Origin: Infirmifilum sp.
Lineage (GTDB): Archaea; Thermoproteota; Thermoprotei; Thermofilales; Thermofilaceae
Reading direction: 5' to 3'
Length of the DNA stretch: 64,000 nt
Assembly: GCA_041287245.1 (NCBI GenBank)
Contig: JBEULP010000117.1
Span: forward strand, 224,001-288,000
The notes under the pieces were generated by a model. It searched no databases and had not been told where the DNA came from. It saw only the letters and a program-made list of their open reading frames with translations. This document shows, piece by piece, positions 39,519 through 48,815 of this stretch (positions are counted from its first letter, which is position 1; each line of letters begins with the position of its first letter). The position numbers were made by a program, and so were the translations under genes.

Positions 39519-39914
39519 TCACCCTGAGAGAGATAAAACTCCGTAGGGGCAATAATTAGCGCAGTAGCCGCAATGAACGCATATGATTGGCTTATTAGTC
39601 TCATAATCCCATAGAACCGCACCGATTGGGCAAGCACGGGCACAGTTGCCGCAGCCTATACACTTAGAGGAATTGAGCAGTACACCCCCATCTTTACGCT
39701 TAACTAAAGCACCCGTCGGACAAGCGGCGGCACATGACGGCTCAGCACACCCCCTGCACACGACAACTTTAAAGCCTCTCTCTACGCCACCTATGCTTGA
39801 CACGTGTATTGCAGCCTTAGCAAGCCCGCCTTCCCCAAATCTACGCGAGCAAGCGAACATGCAAGACATGCATCCAACGCATTTCGCTACATCTTGGACG
39901 ACAAGTCTAGTCAC
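39519..39914 (-). CDS. Polyferredoxin (4Fe-4S) subunit associated with AOR
   Basis: Four Cys clusters including CVGCMSCMFAC and CIGCGNCARACP. Confidence 0.93.
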   Translation of the reverse strand: MTRLVVQDVAKCVGCMSCMFACSRRFGEGGLAKAAIHVSSIGGVERGFKVVVCRGCAEPSCAAACPTGALVKRKDGGVLLNSSKCIGCGNCARACPIGAVLWDYETNKPIICVHCGYCANYCPYGVLSLSG

Positions 39915-40016
39915 GCCTTATTTTATCCACTCATAATATAATAGTTATCTTAGTTATCTTAAGAAGATCAGTTAAAAAAGAGATTTTTATAGACCTAGGT
40001 CGTAATATTATTACGT

Positions 40017-41144
40017 ATGAACACTTCTGAACACAAGGAGGAATTTTTAATCCCTCTTGTTTCGCTCCGAGATACGACTACAGTAAATGTGGCTGCTGAG
40101 AAAATGTGGGAAAACGAAGTGCCCGTGGTACCTGTCGTTGACGCTGAGAAGAAGTATATAGGGGTTGTCTCGATCTTCACCCTCCTCAAGACTAGGGTGC
40201 AGGGAAGCACCAAACTAAGAAGTCTCATTGAGAAAGCCCCTTTAGTGGAATTGCCAGCAGATCCGATATATGTGGCGAGGCTTTTGGCGCGGACGGGCCT
40301 TCCGGGGTTAGCTGTTTTAAAGGGGGGTGATGTGGCAGGAATAGTATCTGCGAGACGTGTTATCTATGCTCTAAAACTGGCTCCTAGGGTGCCGGCTAGG
40401 CACCTTATGTATCCTTTAGAGCCACTTGAGCCTGATGATAGTATTGAGAAGGCTAGAAAGATAATCGCACAAGTGGGGCTCAGGCTTTTGCCTGTTGCAA
40501 AGGATGGGAAGCTTTTAGGCGTTGTAAAAGTGTACGATCTCGTCAATTTTATATATAACACCCCTCTCCGCCGAGATCGTTTAGGGGAGGTAAAAGGAGA
40601 AGTAGAATACTTTCTAGACCAGCCTGTCTCGAAGATCATAACCTCCTCTCATAGGATAGTAAATGTTGATACTCTCCCCATAGTAGAAGATATCGCAGAA
40701 GGAGCTGTTATTGTAGACTCAAAACAAATGGTTGTGGGTGTTATTTCCCCATATATTTTCTTGAGGCGGTTACTATCACAACTGGAAGAGGCGAGACTCC
40801 CCGTAACGGTCGAAGGGGTAGACGAGCTTGACTTTGTAGAGCAAAACCTGATTACCCGTAAGGTGCTTGAGACAGCTAGAATAGTTGCCGAAAGAGCCAA
40901 TCTCCTGGAGTTATCAGTTGTCATAAAGTCTCGTGAAAAGACTGGGGATCGGCGTTGGTACGAGGTGAAAGTTTCTATAAAACTCGATAAAGGTGTGTAC
41001 TCGACCTCTTCTGCAGGCTGGAGCGCCTTCGAAGCTGTTTCTGAAGCTTTGGAGCTCGCGTATAAGAATTTTTCTAAGACGAAAGAGAAAAAGCGAGAGC
41101 GCAGAATTGATTTAGCAAGGCTACGGAAGAGTTTAGGCTTTTAG
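40017..41144 (+). CDS. Tandem CBS-domain protein with C-terminal HPF/RaiA-like domain (candidate ribosome hibernation factor)
   Basis: CBS-like repeats (VPVVDAEKKYIGVV, LPVAKDGKLLGVV); C-terminal region from about aa 262 has a beta-alpha-beta-beta-beta-alpha pattern ending AFEAVSEALELAYKNFSKTKEK. Confidence 0.75.
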   Translation: MNTSEHKEEFLIPLVSLRDTTTVNVAAEKMWENEVPVVPVVDAEKKYIGVVSIFTLLKTRVQGSTKLRSLIEKAPLVELPADPIYVARLLARTGLPGLAVLKGGDVAGIVSARRVIYALKLAPRVPARHLMYPLEPLEPDDSIEKARKIIAQVGLRLLPVAKDGKLLGVVKVYDLVNFIYNTPLRRDRLGEVKGEVEYFLDQPVSKIITSSHRIVNVDTLPIVEDIAEGAVIVDSKQMVVGVISPYIFLRRLLSQLEEARLPVTVEGVDELDFVEQNLITRKVLETARIVAERANLLELSVVIKSREKTGDRRWYEVKVSIKLDKGVYSTSSAGWSAFEAVSEALELAYKNFSKTKEKKRERRIDLARLRKSLGF

Positions 41145-41191
41145 CCTGGTTGAGGAAATAGATATTTAGGCTATTTTTCCTCTTTAAGCAT

Positions 41192-41839
41192 ATGGTTGAA
41201 ATTTTTCAGGATAGGCTACAGGCGGGACTGCTTCTCGGAGAAAAACTCCTTTCAACAAAGGAAGAGTGGGAAAAAACTGTAGTGTTAGGCATCCCAAGGG
41301 GAGGTGCAGTCACAGCATTAGGTGTTTCTAAGAAGCTTAAAGCTCCGCTAAGCATTATCGTCTCAAGGAAGCTCAGAGCCCCTGGGAACCCCGAGCTAGG
41401 CATAGGGGCTGTTAGTGAGCATGGAGCTCTATGGCTTAACCATGAAATAATAAGTCAACTAGGGGTAGGAGAAGAATACCTCCAGGCGGAAATATCTTTT
41501 CAGCAGAAACGCGTATCAGAATATATTGAGAAGTTCCGGGGAGGTCTTCCCCTCGACCTAAGCGGACATGATGCAATTATTGTCGACGACGGCGTCGCAA
41601 CCGGAGCTACTATTATAGCAGCAGCTATGGCCGCTAGAAAAGCTGGTGCCTCAAGGGTTATTGTAGCAACTCCTGTAATAGCCGAAGATGTAGTTGAAGT
41701 TGTGGCTAAATATTGCGATCTCCTTGTTTGGGTGTTAAAGCCTTTAATTCTCTATGCTGTCGGCATGTACTACAGCAACTTTTCAGAAGTAAAAGATGAG
41801 GAAGTCCTAAATATTCTCAATGTTTCCCATACTAGCTAA
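41192..41839 (+). CDS. Phosphoribosyltransferase family protein (COG1926-like)
   Basis: FQDRLQAG, GIPRGG, RKLRAPGNPE, IIVDDGVATG. Confidence 0.92.
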   Translation: MVEIFQDRLQAGLLLGEKLLSTKEEWEKTVVLGIPRGGAVTALGVSKKLKAPLSIIVSRKLRAPGNPELGIGAVSEHGALWLNHEIISQLGVGEEYLQAEISFQQKRVSEYIEKFRGGLPLDLSGHDAIIVDDGVATGATIIAAAMAARKAGASRVIVATPVIAEDVVEVVAKYCDLLVWVLKPLILYAVGMYYSNFSEVKDEEVLNILNVSHTS

Positions 41840-41861
41840 TAAAATGCTGGACGTCTAGTCG

Positions 41862-42935
41862 CTAGACCCTAAGTATGTTATAGCCAGCGGCTTTTCTCAA
41901 CCGGTTCATTATCGTGAGACCCAACCCTCTCTCCTCGAACCCCTCTGCAATAATGTAATTGACAGAGCACTGATCCAAATACCTTAGAGCTCTGAAGAGG
42001 TTTTTAGCTACAACAAACAAGTTTTTCCTAGACCCTAAGCTTACCACAACGCCAAGCCCCTCATACTCCTTAGCCGTCTCGTCACTGCATAGTATTCCAA
42101 TACGAAGACCCCCTGAGGCTTTCTCCCGGGCAATTTCCCGCACTTTAAGCACTAGCCTTGAAAGATCATCATATCTCTCAGACTCGACGAGAATCATCTC
42201 TGCCCTAGGTGCGTAGTGCCTGTACCTGGTGCCCGGTGCAACAGCATGGCTTGCCTCACCAAGCCCCCGAGCAAACTCTGGGACAATTACTTTCACGCCT
42301 AGTGTTTCCTCTATTTGCTCGAGTGGAACAGCACCGGGCCTTAGAAGAACGGGGGGCCAAACCGTAATATCCAGGATTGTTGACTCGACCCCGTGTATAG
42401 TCTCTCCGGCATCTAATATCAAGTCTATTTCACCGTCAAAATCCTCGAAAACATGTTGGGCTGAAGTGGGGGAGGGTCTCCCAGACTTGTTTGCACTAGG
42501 CGCAGCTATAGGCTTTCCAAGCTCCTCTATTAAGCGAATAGCCACTGGGTGTGCCGGGATCCTGACTGCCACCTTAGGGAGCCTTGCGGTGATCTCCTCT
42601 AGAACATCTCTCCCCTTAGGCAAGATTAATGTAAGAGGACCAGGCCAAAACTTTTCTGCGAGTTTGAAAGCAATGGGGGGAGGGTTATCTGATACCTGTA
42701 GAAGCCACTCCTCAGAAACTATGTGAAGGATCAAGGGGTTGTCCGGGGGCCTTCCTTTAACCTTAAAGATCCTCAAAATCGCCTCCCTGTTGTCATAGGC
42801 TGCTCCAAGCCCGTAGACCGTTTCTGTTGGAAATGCGACTAGGCCGCCTCGAGCCAGTATCTCTGCTGCTTTTCTTATTTTATCAAAGTCCGGTCTTGCC
42901 GGGTCTACTTTAATTATGATAGGTTTCATTTTCAC
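41862..42935 (-). CDS. sua5: Threonylcarbamoyl-AMP synthase Sua5
   Basis: AFPTETVYGLG, KGRPPDNPLILH, APSANKSG, PGxxYRHYAP and C-terminal SUA5 domain. Confidence 0.96.
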   Translation of the reverse strand: MKMKPIIIKVDPARPDFDKIRKAAEILARGGLVAFPTETVYGLGAAYDNREAILRIFKVKGRPPDNPLILHIVSEEWLLQVSDNPPPIAFKLAEKFWPGPLTLILPKGRDVLEEITARLPKVAVRIPAHPVAIRLIEELGKPIAAPSANKSGRPSPTSAQHVFEDFDGEIDLILDAGETIHGVESTILDITVWPPVLLRPGAVPLEQIEETLGVKVIVPEFARGLGEASHAVAPGTRYRHYAPRAEMILVESERYDDLSRLVLKVREIAREKASGGLRIGILCSDETAKEYEGLGVVVSLGSRKNLFVVAKNLFRALRYLDQCSVNYIIAEGFEERGLGLTIMNRLRKAAGYNILRV

Positions 42936-43109
42936 AATGCTTGCTTAATCTCTTCTTATTATATTCTTCTGGAACACCCGTTTAAGACTTTTCCAGTAAA
43001 CAAGTTAGTGGACTATTTTATAGGCTCTTTTATACGTAGACGGATCAAGTCTTGCTTTACACATCAAATTCGTTGAAAGTCGAATTTTTTAATAACAATC
43101 GTTATATAC

Positions 43110-43829
43110 ATGTTAGCCAAACTATGGACGATGATACAGGTAAACGAGATCATATATGCAGTGCTCCTCTTCGCATGGGTAATGTTTGTCGTTAGCATAA
43201 TAGCAAAGCTAACTTATGAGTTTTTCACAAAGAAAGGGGAAAGCCATAAGGTTGCCATTTATTACGCGAGAAAGGTAATCCACATCCTAGCAGGAGGTGT
43301 TGTAGCGCTCCTTATAGCTTTGTACCCATTATTCTCAACGCCGATCTTGCCATTCGCTCTGGGCCTTGTCCTTGCCCTTCTTACCTACTTACCTCATAAG
43401 ACGGGAAAACTGATGTACTGGTTCCAGGATCCTGAAAACATCTACGAAGTGGATTTTTGCATAATGTGGGCTATTTTCATAACTCTCGGGTGGTTCGCAG
43501 GGATACAGCTTGGATATAAAAACCCATTTCTTTTCGGAGCTCTCCCGCTTCTTTTCATGGCTGTTGGTGACGGCGTGACAGGAATCGTGCGAAATGCTTT
43601 GTTTAAAAGGAGGATAAAACACTGGAGCGGGAATCTCGCGATGTTTATAGTGAGTGCAGCGATGGCTATAGTTCTAGGATTCGGGATTTCAGGTATTCTT
43701 TCAGCTCTGGCGGCCAGTTTTGTGGAGAGGATTGAGTATCTTGGGAGCATAAAGCTTGACGACAATATTACAGTTCCTATAATATCCTTCTTAACACTTT
43801 ATTTGATACAGTTCACAGGAATATTCTGA
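43110..43829 (+). CDS. Dolichol/phytol kinase family membrane protein
   Basis: RKVIH, GDG, DDNITVP motifs; multi-TM. Confidence 0.85.
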   Translation: MLAKLWTMIQVNEIIYAVLLFAWVMFVVSIIAKLTYEFFTKKGESHKVAIYYARKVIHILAGGVVALLIALYPLFSTPILPFALGLVLALLTYLPHKTGKLMYWFQDPENIYEVDFCIMWAIFITLGWFAGIQLGYKNPFLFGALPLLFMAVGDGVTGIVRNALFKRRIKHWSGNLAMFIVSAAMAIVLGFGISGILSALAASFVERIEYLGSIKLDDNITVPIISFLTLYLIQFTGIF

Positions 43830-43972
43830 CGGCAAGCATCTTTACAGTATTTTTTAACTTAGGTTTAGGCATAGAAGAAATCTAAATTCTTAAACCAAAA
43901 TAGTTAGATTACCAAACCGTAAGATTTATAATTCACTATTTTGAATATACTAACGCTAAAAAGGTGGTTAGA

Positions 43973-44632
43973 ATGTCAGAAGGACGAATCCCTCTCTTAG
44001 GAGAAAAAATACCTGCACTGGAAGTAAAAACAACGCACGGCAAATTTATTCTCCCCGACGATTTTAAGGGCAAATGGGTTGTGCTTTTCAGCCACCCAGC
44101 TGACTTTACTCCTGTGTGCACTACAGAGTTTGTAGCATTCCAAAAAAGATTTGAGGAGTTCCAGAAACTAAACGTGCAGCTGATTGGCCTCAGCATTGAC
44201 CAAGTATTCAGCCACATAAAGTGGGTTGAGTGGATCAGGGAGAAGCTTGGTGTTGAAATAAAGTTTCCAATAATTGCTGACGACACGGGCGAGATAGCTA
44301 AAAAGCTCGGTATGATTCATGCTGCTAAGGGAACAAACACAGTTAGAGCTGTCTTCATAATTGATCCTAACGGCATACTGAGGGCTATTCTGTACTATCC
44401 ACAGGAACTGGGTAGAAACATAGATGAGATCATAAGAATGATAAAAGGACTACAGACCTCAGATAAATATGGCGTCGCGATTCCTGCTAACTGGCCCAAC
44501 AACGAGCTTGTTGGAGACCATGTGATTATATCTCCAGCGTCGGACGAGAAGACGGCGAAGGAACGGCTCGAGAAGGCGGCTAAGAAAGAGATCGAGTGCT
44601 ACGACTGGTGGTTCTGCCACAAGAAAATTTAA
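43973..44632 (+). CDS. Peroxiredoxin (archaeal Prx6/TDXH type)
   Basis: [21 protein letters not shown]-terminal CYDWWFC; AGGTGG SD before ATG 43973. Confidence 0.96.
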   Translation: MSEGRIPLLGEKIPALEVKTTHGKFILPDDFKGKWVVLFSHPADFTPVCTTEFVAFQKRFEEFQKLNVQLIGLSIDQVFSHIKWVEWIREKLGVEIKFPIIADDTGEIAKKLGMIHAAKGTNTVRAVFIIDPNGILRAILYYPQELGRNIDEIIRMIKGLQTSDKYGVAIPANWPNNELVGDHVIISPASDEKTAKERLEKAAKKEIECYDWWFCHKKI

Positions 44633-44660
44633 GATTTTTTTTGAAATATTTGTTTTTACT
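44633..44660 (+). terminator. T-rich archaeal terminator after the peroxiredoxin gene
   Basis: Run of T immediately after the TAA stop, followed by further T tracts. Confidence 0.5.
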
Positions 44661-44713
44661 TTCACTTTATTCTCCTCGATTAATTTATATTCAACGTTCT
44701 ATTCTCATTTTTC

Positions 44714-46048
44714 GTGCCTGAATTCTCGGATTTGCTCTTAGAAGAAGTAAAAAATAAAAAAAGCGAAATTGAGCGGGTTCTCGCCGGTGGGGATTCAATC
44801 TTCAAGGAGTATGCAGAGCTTGTGAGTAAGAAGTGGAACCCGCTTCCAGCGCCAACCGTTGTACCCCGAAACATTTATGCTGTTGATAGTAGTAGCGGGG
44901 TAATCGAGCTTCGAGCAGGAGGCGTTCTCCTTGTTCTACGGAGTCTCGCTTTCTCAACACCACTGTCAACGCATAGAAAGCTTGGTGTTGAAGCTTTCTA
45001 TCCTCACAGCATACGCGACTTTGAAGAATACGTGAGGTTGGCTCGGGAGCACTACGAGCACAATGTCGCTTTAGACGCTTTAAACGAAAACCCTTCTTTT
45101 ATATTGCTTGACGGCTCCCTTTACGGAAGAATGATACATGTTCTGCGGGAGCTTGACCTTGAGGAGAGGGAGGATTTCCTCTTTGAGTACGTAAAAACTT
45201 ACAGTCAGTTTCTCAGGAAAGCCCTTGAGAATAAAGTGACAGTAATCGGGGTCAGCAAGGATTCAAGATCCACAATTTTCAAGGAGGAGTTACTGAAGGA
45301 GCAAGTGTTGCAGGAAGCCAGTAGGTTTGGGGCAGATACATCTGAATTGGCCGGGTTGTGGGGGAGTTTACGCCGGCGACCACGTGAGACAATAGAGAGT
45401 GTTAGACAAAAAGTACGGTCCGGCGAGCTCCCGGAAAGGATCTTAGAGTATTTTCTCCAGGCTAGGTCTCACATTCCTGATTCTAAAATCATCCTTCTTT
45501 CCGGGGTGGAGGAGGGATTCTCGACTCCTATCTTGTTGACTCTCTCTAAGATAATTGCTGGGCAATTTGACTTGGTGCTCAGTGAGGATGCTACCATGCA
45601 GATCCATAAATTGTCGAAGGTTTTTTCCAAAAGCTATGATGCTGACCCTGAGGAGTTTGAGGCGAGGGCTAGGGAGCTTATAGGGAACCTGAGAAGCTAT
45701 CCCCCGGTCGCGGTCTTCTATACTCTCTTGGGGCCGAATGATGACCCTATCAGAGTAGATGTCGTGAGCCATGAGCTTCAAGAGTTTTTGTTTTTAAAGG
45801 ATAGGCCGAGCCTTGAGTCTTTGCTTTTCATGCCCTCCATCATGGAAAAGGAAATGATCCCAATGACACTTTCTTTACTTCAAAGTCTCTATGCTGGGTA
45901 TAGAGGGTATAACGTGTTACTGCTCGAGGCGGATCGTAGGGTTAAAATCACTGTAGATACTTTGGAAACTTATAGGAAAATCATTATGAGGGAGCTTGAA
46001 CTTTTAGTTTTACATTCGAGGGGTGAGAGGCGTGTCCACTATCCTTAA
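44714..46048 (+). CDS. nurA: DNA double-strand break repair nuclease NurA
   Basis: YAVDSS, ILLDGSL, GVSKDS, GYNVLLLEAD motifs; first gene of an operon with herA, mre11 and rad50. Confidence 0.9.
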   Translation: MPEFSDLLLEEVKNKKSEIERVLAGGDSIFKEYAELVSKKWNPLPAPTVVPRNIYAVDSSSGVIELRAGGVLLVLRSLAFSTPLSTHRKLGVEAFYPHSIRDFEEYVRLAREHYEHNVALDALNENPSFILLDGSLYGRMIHVLRELDLEEREDFLFEYVKTYSQFLRKALENKVTVIGVSKDSRSTIFKEELLKEQVLQEASRFGADTSELAGLWGSLRRRPRETIESVRQKVRSGELPERILEYFLQARSHIPDSKIILLSGVEEGFSTPILLTLSKIIAGQFDLVLSEDATMQIHKLSKVFSKSYDADPEEFEARARELIGNLRSYPPVAVFYTLLGPNDDPIRVDVVSHELQEFLFLKDRPSLESLLFMPSIMEKEMIPMTLSLLQSLYAGYRGYNVLLLEADRRVKITVDTLETYRKIIMRELELLVLHSRGERRVHYP

Positions 46049-47642
46049 ACCGATAGGTAGGATAGTCGAGAAGGCGACTCCGGAAAGTTTTGTCTTCGTG
46101 ACCAGCCGCGATGAACATCCTCAAAAATTCGAGTATGTGGTGGTTAAATCGAAAGAGTATGTAAACGGTGTTCTGCGGGAGGTTGATGTACTAGCCCAGG
46201 TCGTAGGTGTTGTTTCATCAAGTTCTGCCTTTAGCTCCGAATATGATTACGGCACGTTGGAGAGGGTTTATAGGGCTGGAATAGATGACTCGAACATTCT
46301 CTGCGAAGCTAGAACTCTCGGCTACCTCTTAGAGGAGAACGGGCGAATCACGGTTCTTTCACCACGTAGGGCACTTTTCCCGGGAAACACTGTTTACCTA
46401 GCCCCAGACCAGCTAGTTAGGGATTTTTTCTCTTATAACCCTGACGAAGGAATCCACATAGGCTTTTTGGTCTCAAGGCCTAATGTCCCTGTTTTCCTCA
46501 CGGTAAACGGCTTTAGAAGGCACGTGGCTGTGATTGCTCAGACAGGAGCTGGAAAATCTTACACCGTGGGTGTCATACTTGAAGAGCTTCTGCGCCTCGG
46601 AGGCACGGTTATTGTAATAGACCCTCACGCAGACTATGTTTTTCTCAGTAGGACGCGTGATATGAGAAGACATGATTTCTCCGACAGGATCCTTGTCTTT
46701 CGAAATCCAAATAGTACGGGGCGTTATTCGAGAGAACAGCTTGATAATGTCCACGAGCTTGTCTTCAGATTTTCAGAGCTTAGGGGCGATGATATTGCAA
46801 GAATAGCAGGGATTCCCGAAAAGTGGACAAACGTTAGGGGAGTCATTATTAAAGCTGTTAAGAATCTCCGAGCTAAGAATCCTGATTATAGGGCTTACGA
46901 CCTGATAAAAGAACTGGAAAACATGGCGGAAAGTGGCGAGAAGAAGTATCGTTTAGCGGCGCAGAGCGCAGTTAACCATCTGCGAAGAATCCTGAACTAC
47001 AGTGTATTCGGGGATAGGACAACTCCACTTAAAGATGAAATACTGAAACCTGGATATGTGTCAATCCTTGACCTTTCAGGGTTAAATGACTCGAGCCAAG
47101 ACTACATAGTTAGCAGGGTTCTCGAGGAGCTGTTCTCACTGAAATACGGGATGGAGTTCCCATACCCGGTCTTCGTGGTTATAGAGGAGGCTCACAGGTT
47201 TATCCCAAGCCAGAAACTTAGAAGGAGGACGATGTCCTCAGACATAATAAAGACAATCACAGCAGAGGGGAGAAAGTTTGGCGTTTTCTTGATACTGGTA
47301 ACTCAGAGGCCCAGTAAGATTGATTCTGACGCGTTAAGCCAGTGTAATAGCCAGATAATTTTACGTGTAACTAATCCCTTGGATCAAATAGCCGTTCAGG
47401 AGGCAAGCGAGAGGCTAGGTAAGGAGATGATGAGTGATCTCCCGGGTCTAAACGTGGGAGAGGCTGTAATAGTCGGTGAGCTTACACGCGTTCCAGTGAT
47501 CGTAAAGGTGCGCGAAAGGAGAACACGGGAAGGGGGTGCTGACATAGACCTTGTAGAAGAGTTACGGAAGACGCGTGAGGAGTTTATGCTTTCAGCATCG
47601 AAGACCCCGCCACCCTCTAAGGGCGTGTTTTCAGAGGTGTAG
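46023..47642 (+). CDS. herA: HerA helicase/translocase
   Basis: N-terminal HAS barrel-like region, RHVAVIAQTGAGKS, IEEAHRF, EGRKFG, TQRPS, LSQCN; GTG 46032 is an alternative start. Confidence 0.93.
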   Translation: MRGVSTILKPIGRIVEKATPESFVFVTSRDEHPQKFEYVVVKSKEYVNGVLREVDVLAQVVGVVSSSSAFSSEYDYGTLERVYRAGIDDSNILCEARTLGYLLEENGRITVLSPRRALFPGNTVYLAPDQLVRDFFSYNPDEGIHIGFLVSRPNVPVFLTVNGFRRHVAVIAQTGAGKSYTVGVILEELLRLGGTVIVIDPHADYVFLSRTRDMRRHDFSDRILVFRNPNSTGRYSREQLDNVHELVFRFSELRGDDIARIAGIPEKWTNVRGVIIKAVKNLRAKNPDYRAYDLIKELENMAESGEKKYRLAAQSAVNHLRRILNYSVFGDRTTPLKDEILKPGYVSILDLSGLNDSSQDYIVSRVLEELFSLKYGMEFPYPVFVVIEEAHRFIPSQKLRRRTMSSDIIKTITAEGRKFGVFLILVTQRPSKIDSDALSQCNSQIILRVTNPLDQIAVQEASERLGKEMMSDLPGLNVGEAVIVGELTRVPVIVKVRERRTREGGADIDLVEELRKTREEFMLSASKTPPPSKGVFSEV

Positions 47643-47648
47643 AAACTG

Positions 47649-48815
47649 ATGGTTTTGAAAATAGTCCACACGGCTGATAATCACCTGGATCCAAAGCTCG
47701 GTTATCTGGGTTCAAAGGTTCAGGAGAGGAGGCAGGACTTCTACAAGTCGTTTCTTAGAGTTGTTGAGTATGTACTGGAGGTTAAACCTGATATTCTTCT
47801 AATCTCGGGGGATTTGTTTGACTCGATAAACCCGAGAAACCCAGTAAGGACGAATGTCCTGAAAGCCTTTCGGAGGATCTCCTCCGAAGGAGTTAGGATC
47901 TTCTTAATAGGAGGTAATCATGACATGCCGCGTTCTCAGGAGGAAGGCATGTCACCCCTCGGTGAGGTAGAGGCATCGGGTTACGCAACTTTTCTCTCAG
48001 ACCCGGCTGTCTTCCAGGTGGAGCACTTGAAGTTAGAGGGGTTTGATGTGGCGGTAGCAGGGCTCTCCTTTGACCCCACACTTGATACAAACGTAAACCC
48101 CCTGCGCGCTCGGAACCTCAGGATACCTATTGAGGGAGATATTAACATTGCGATGCTCCACTACAATTTTGCTGGATTTAGAATACCTCCCAGCTGGGCT
48201 GCGCCAACAATTACGCCTGAAGATATTCCCCCGGGGCTTCATTACCTGGCTTTGGGTCACCTGCACCAGTTCACGCACACTACCGTGAAGGGTGCTCACG
48301 TTGTATATCCCGGCAGTACTGAGCGTAGAAGCTTTAACGAGGAGAGCGACGAGAAGAAAGGCTTCGTCCACGCTGAAATCGACGGCTCGGGGGTCGTTCA
48401 TCTTAAGTTTATTGAGACTCCAACCCGCCCCATGAAAAGCTTCGAGCTGAGTTTGGATGATAAGATAGAAGACCCGATAGCCCATGTTGTGAGTTCAATT
48501 CCTTTTATAGACCCTAAAGCTCAAGTCAGAGTAAAGCTTAGGGGCTCCCTACCTCTTGAAAAGATCCGTCTATATAGTAAGGCTGAACTTGTAAAGAGGC
48601 TGGAAAATCGATTTTTCCACGTTACCATAGATGATTCGGAACTAAAATGTATCCTCCGGGAAGTTAGGATCTCAGGCGAAATAAGCTCCCCCCTGGACTC
48701 CTATAGGTCTTATTTCGAGGAAGCTCTTAAGAACGCCGTGGGAGAGGAAGCAGAAACCCTAAGGCTAGCGTTAGAGCTCGGAATGGCTGTCTTGCAGGAG
48801 GTGGGGGCATGGTAG
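47649..48815 (+). CDS. mre11: Mre11/SbcD family nuclease
   Basis: HTADNHL, SGDLFD, GGNHD, MLH, ALGHLH, YPGS. Confidence 0.92.
   Translation: MVLKIVHTADNHLDPKLGYLGSKVQERRQDFYKSFLRVVEYVLEVKPDILLISGDLFDSINPRNPVRTNVLKAFRRISSEGVRIFLIGGNHDMPRSQEEGMSPLGEVEASGYATFLSDPAVFQVEHLKLEGFDVAVAGLSFDPTLDTNVNPLRARNLRIPIEGDINIAMLHYNFAGFRIPPSWAAPTITPEDIPPGLHYLALGHLHQFTHTTVKGAHVVYPGSTERRSFNEESDEKKGFVHAEIDGSGVVHLKFIETPTRPMKSFELSLDDKIEDPIAHVVSSIPFIDPKAQVRVKLRGSLPLEKIRLYSKAELVKRLENRFFHVTIDDSELKCILREVRISGEISSPLDSYRSYFEEALKNAVGEEAETLRLALELGMAVLQEVGAW

Noticed and set aside
42229..42726. Long antisense ORFs, such as this 165 aa one and those at 48033-48485, 50428-50850, 52889-53302 and 31083-31502
   Set aside because: Lie wholly or almost wholly opposite well-supported genes and have shadow-like Ser/Pro-rich composition
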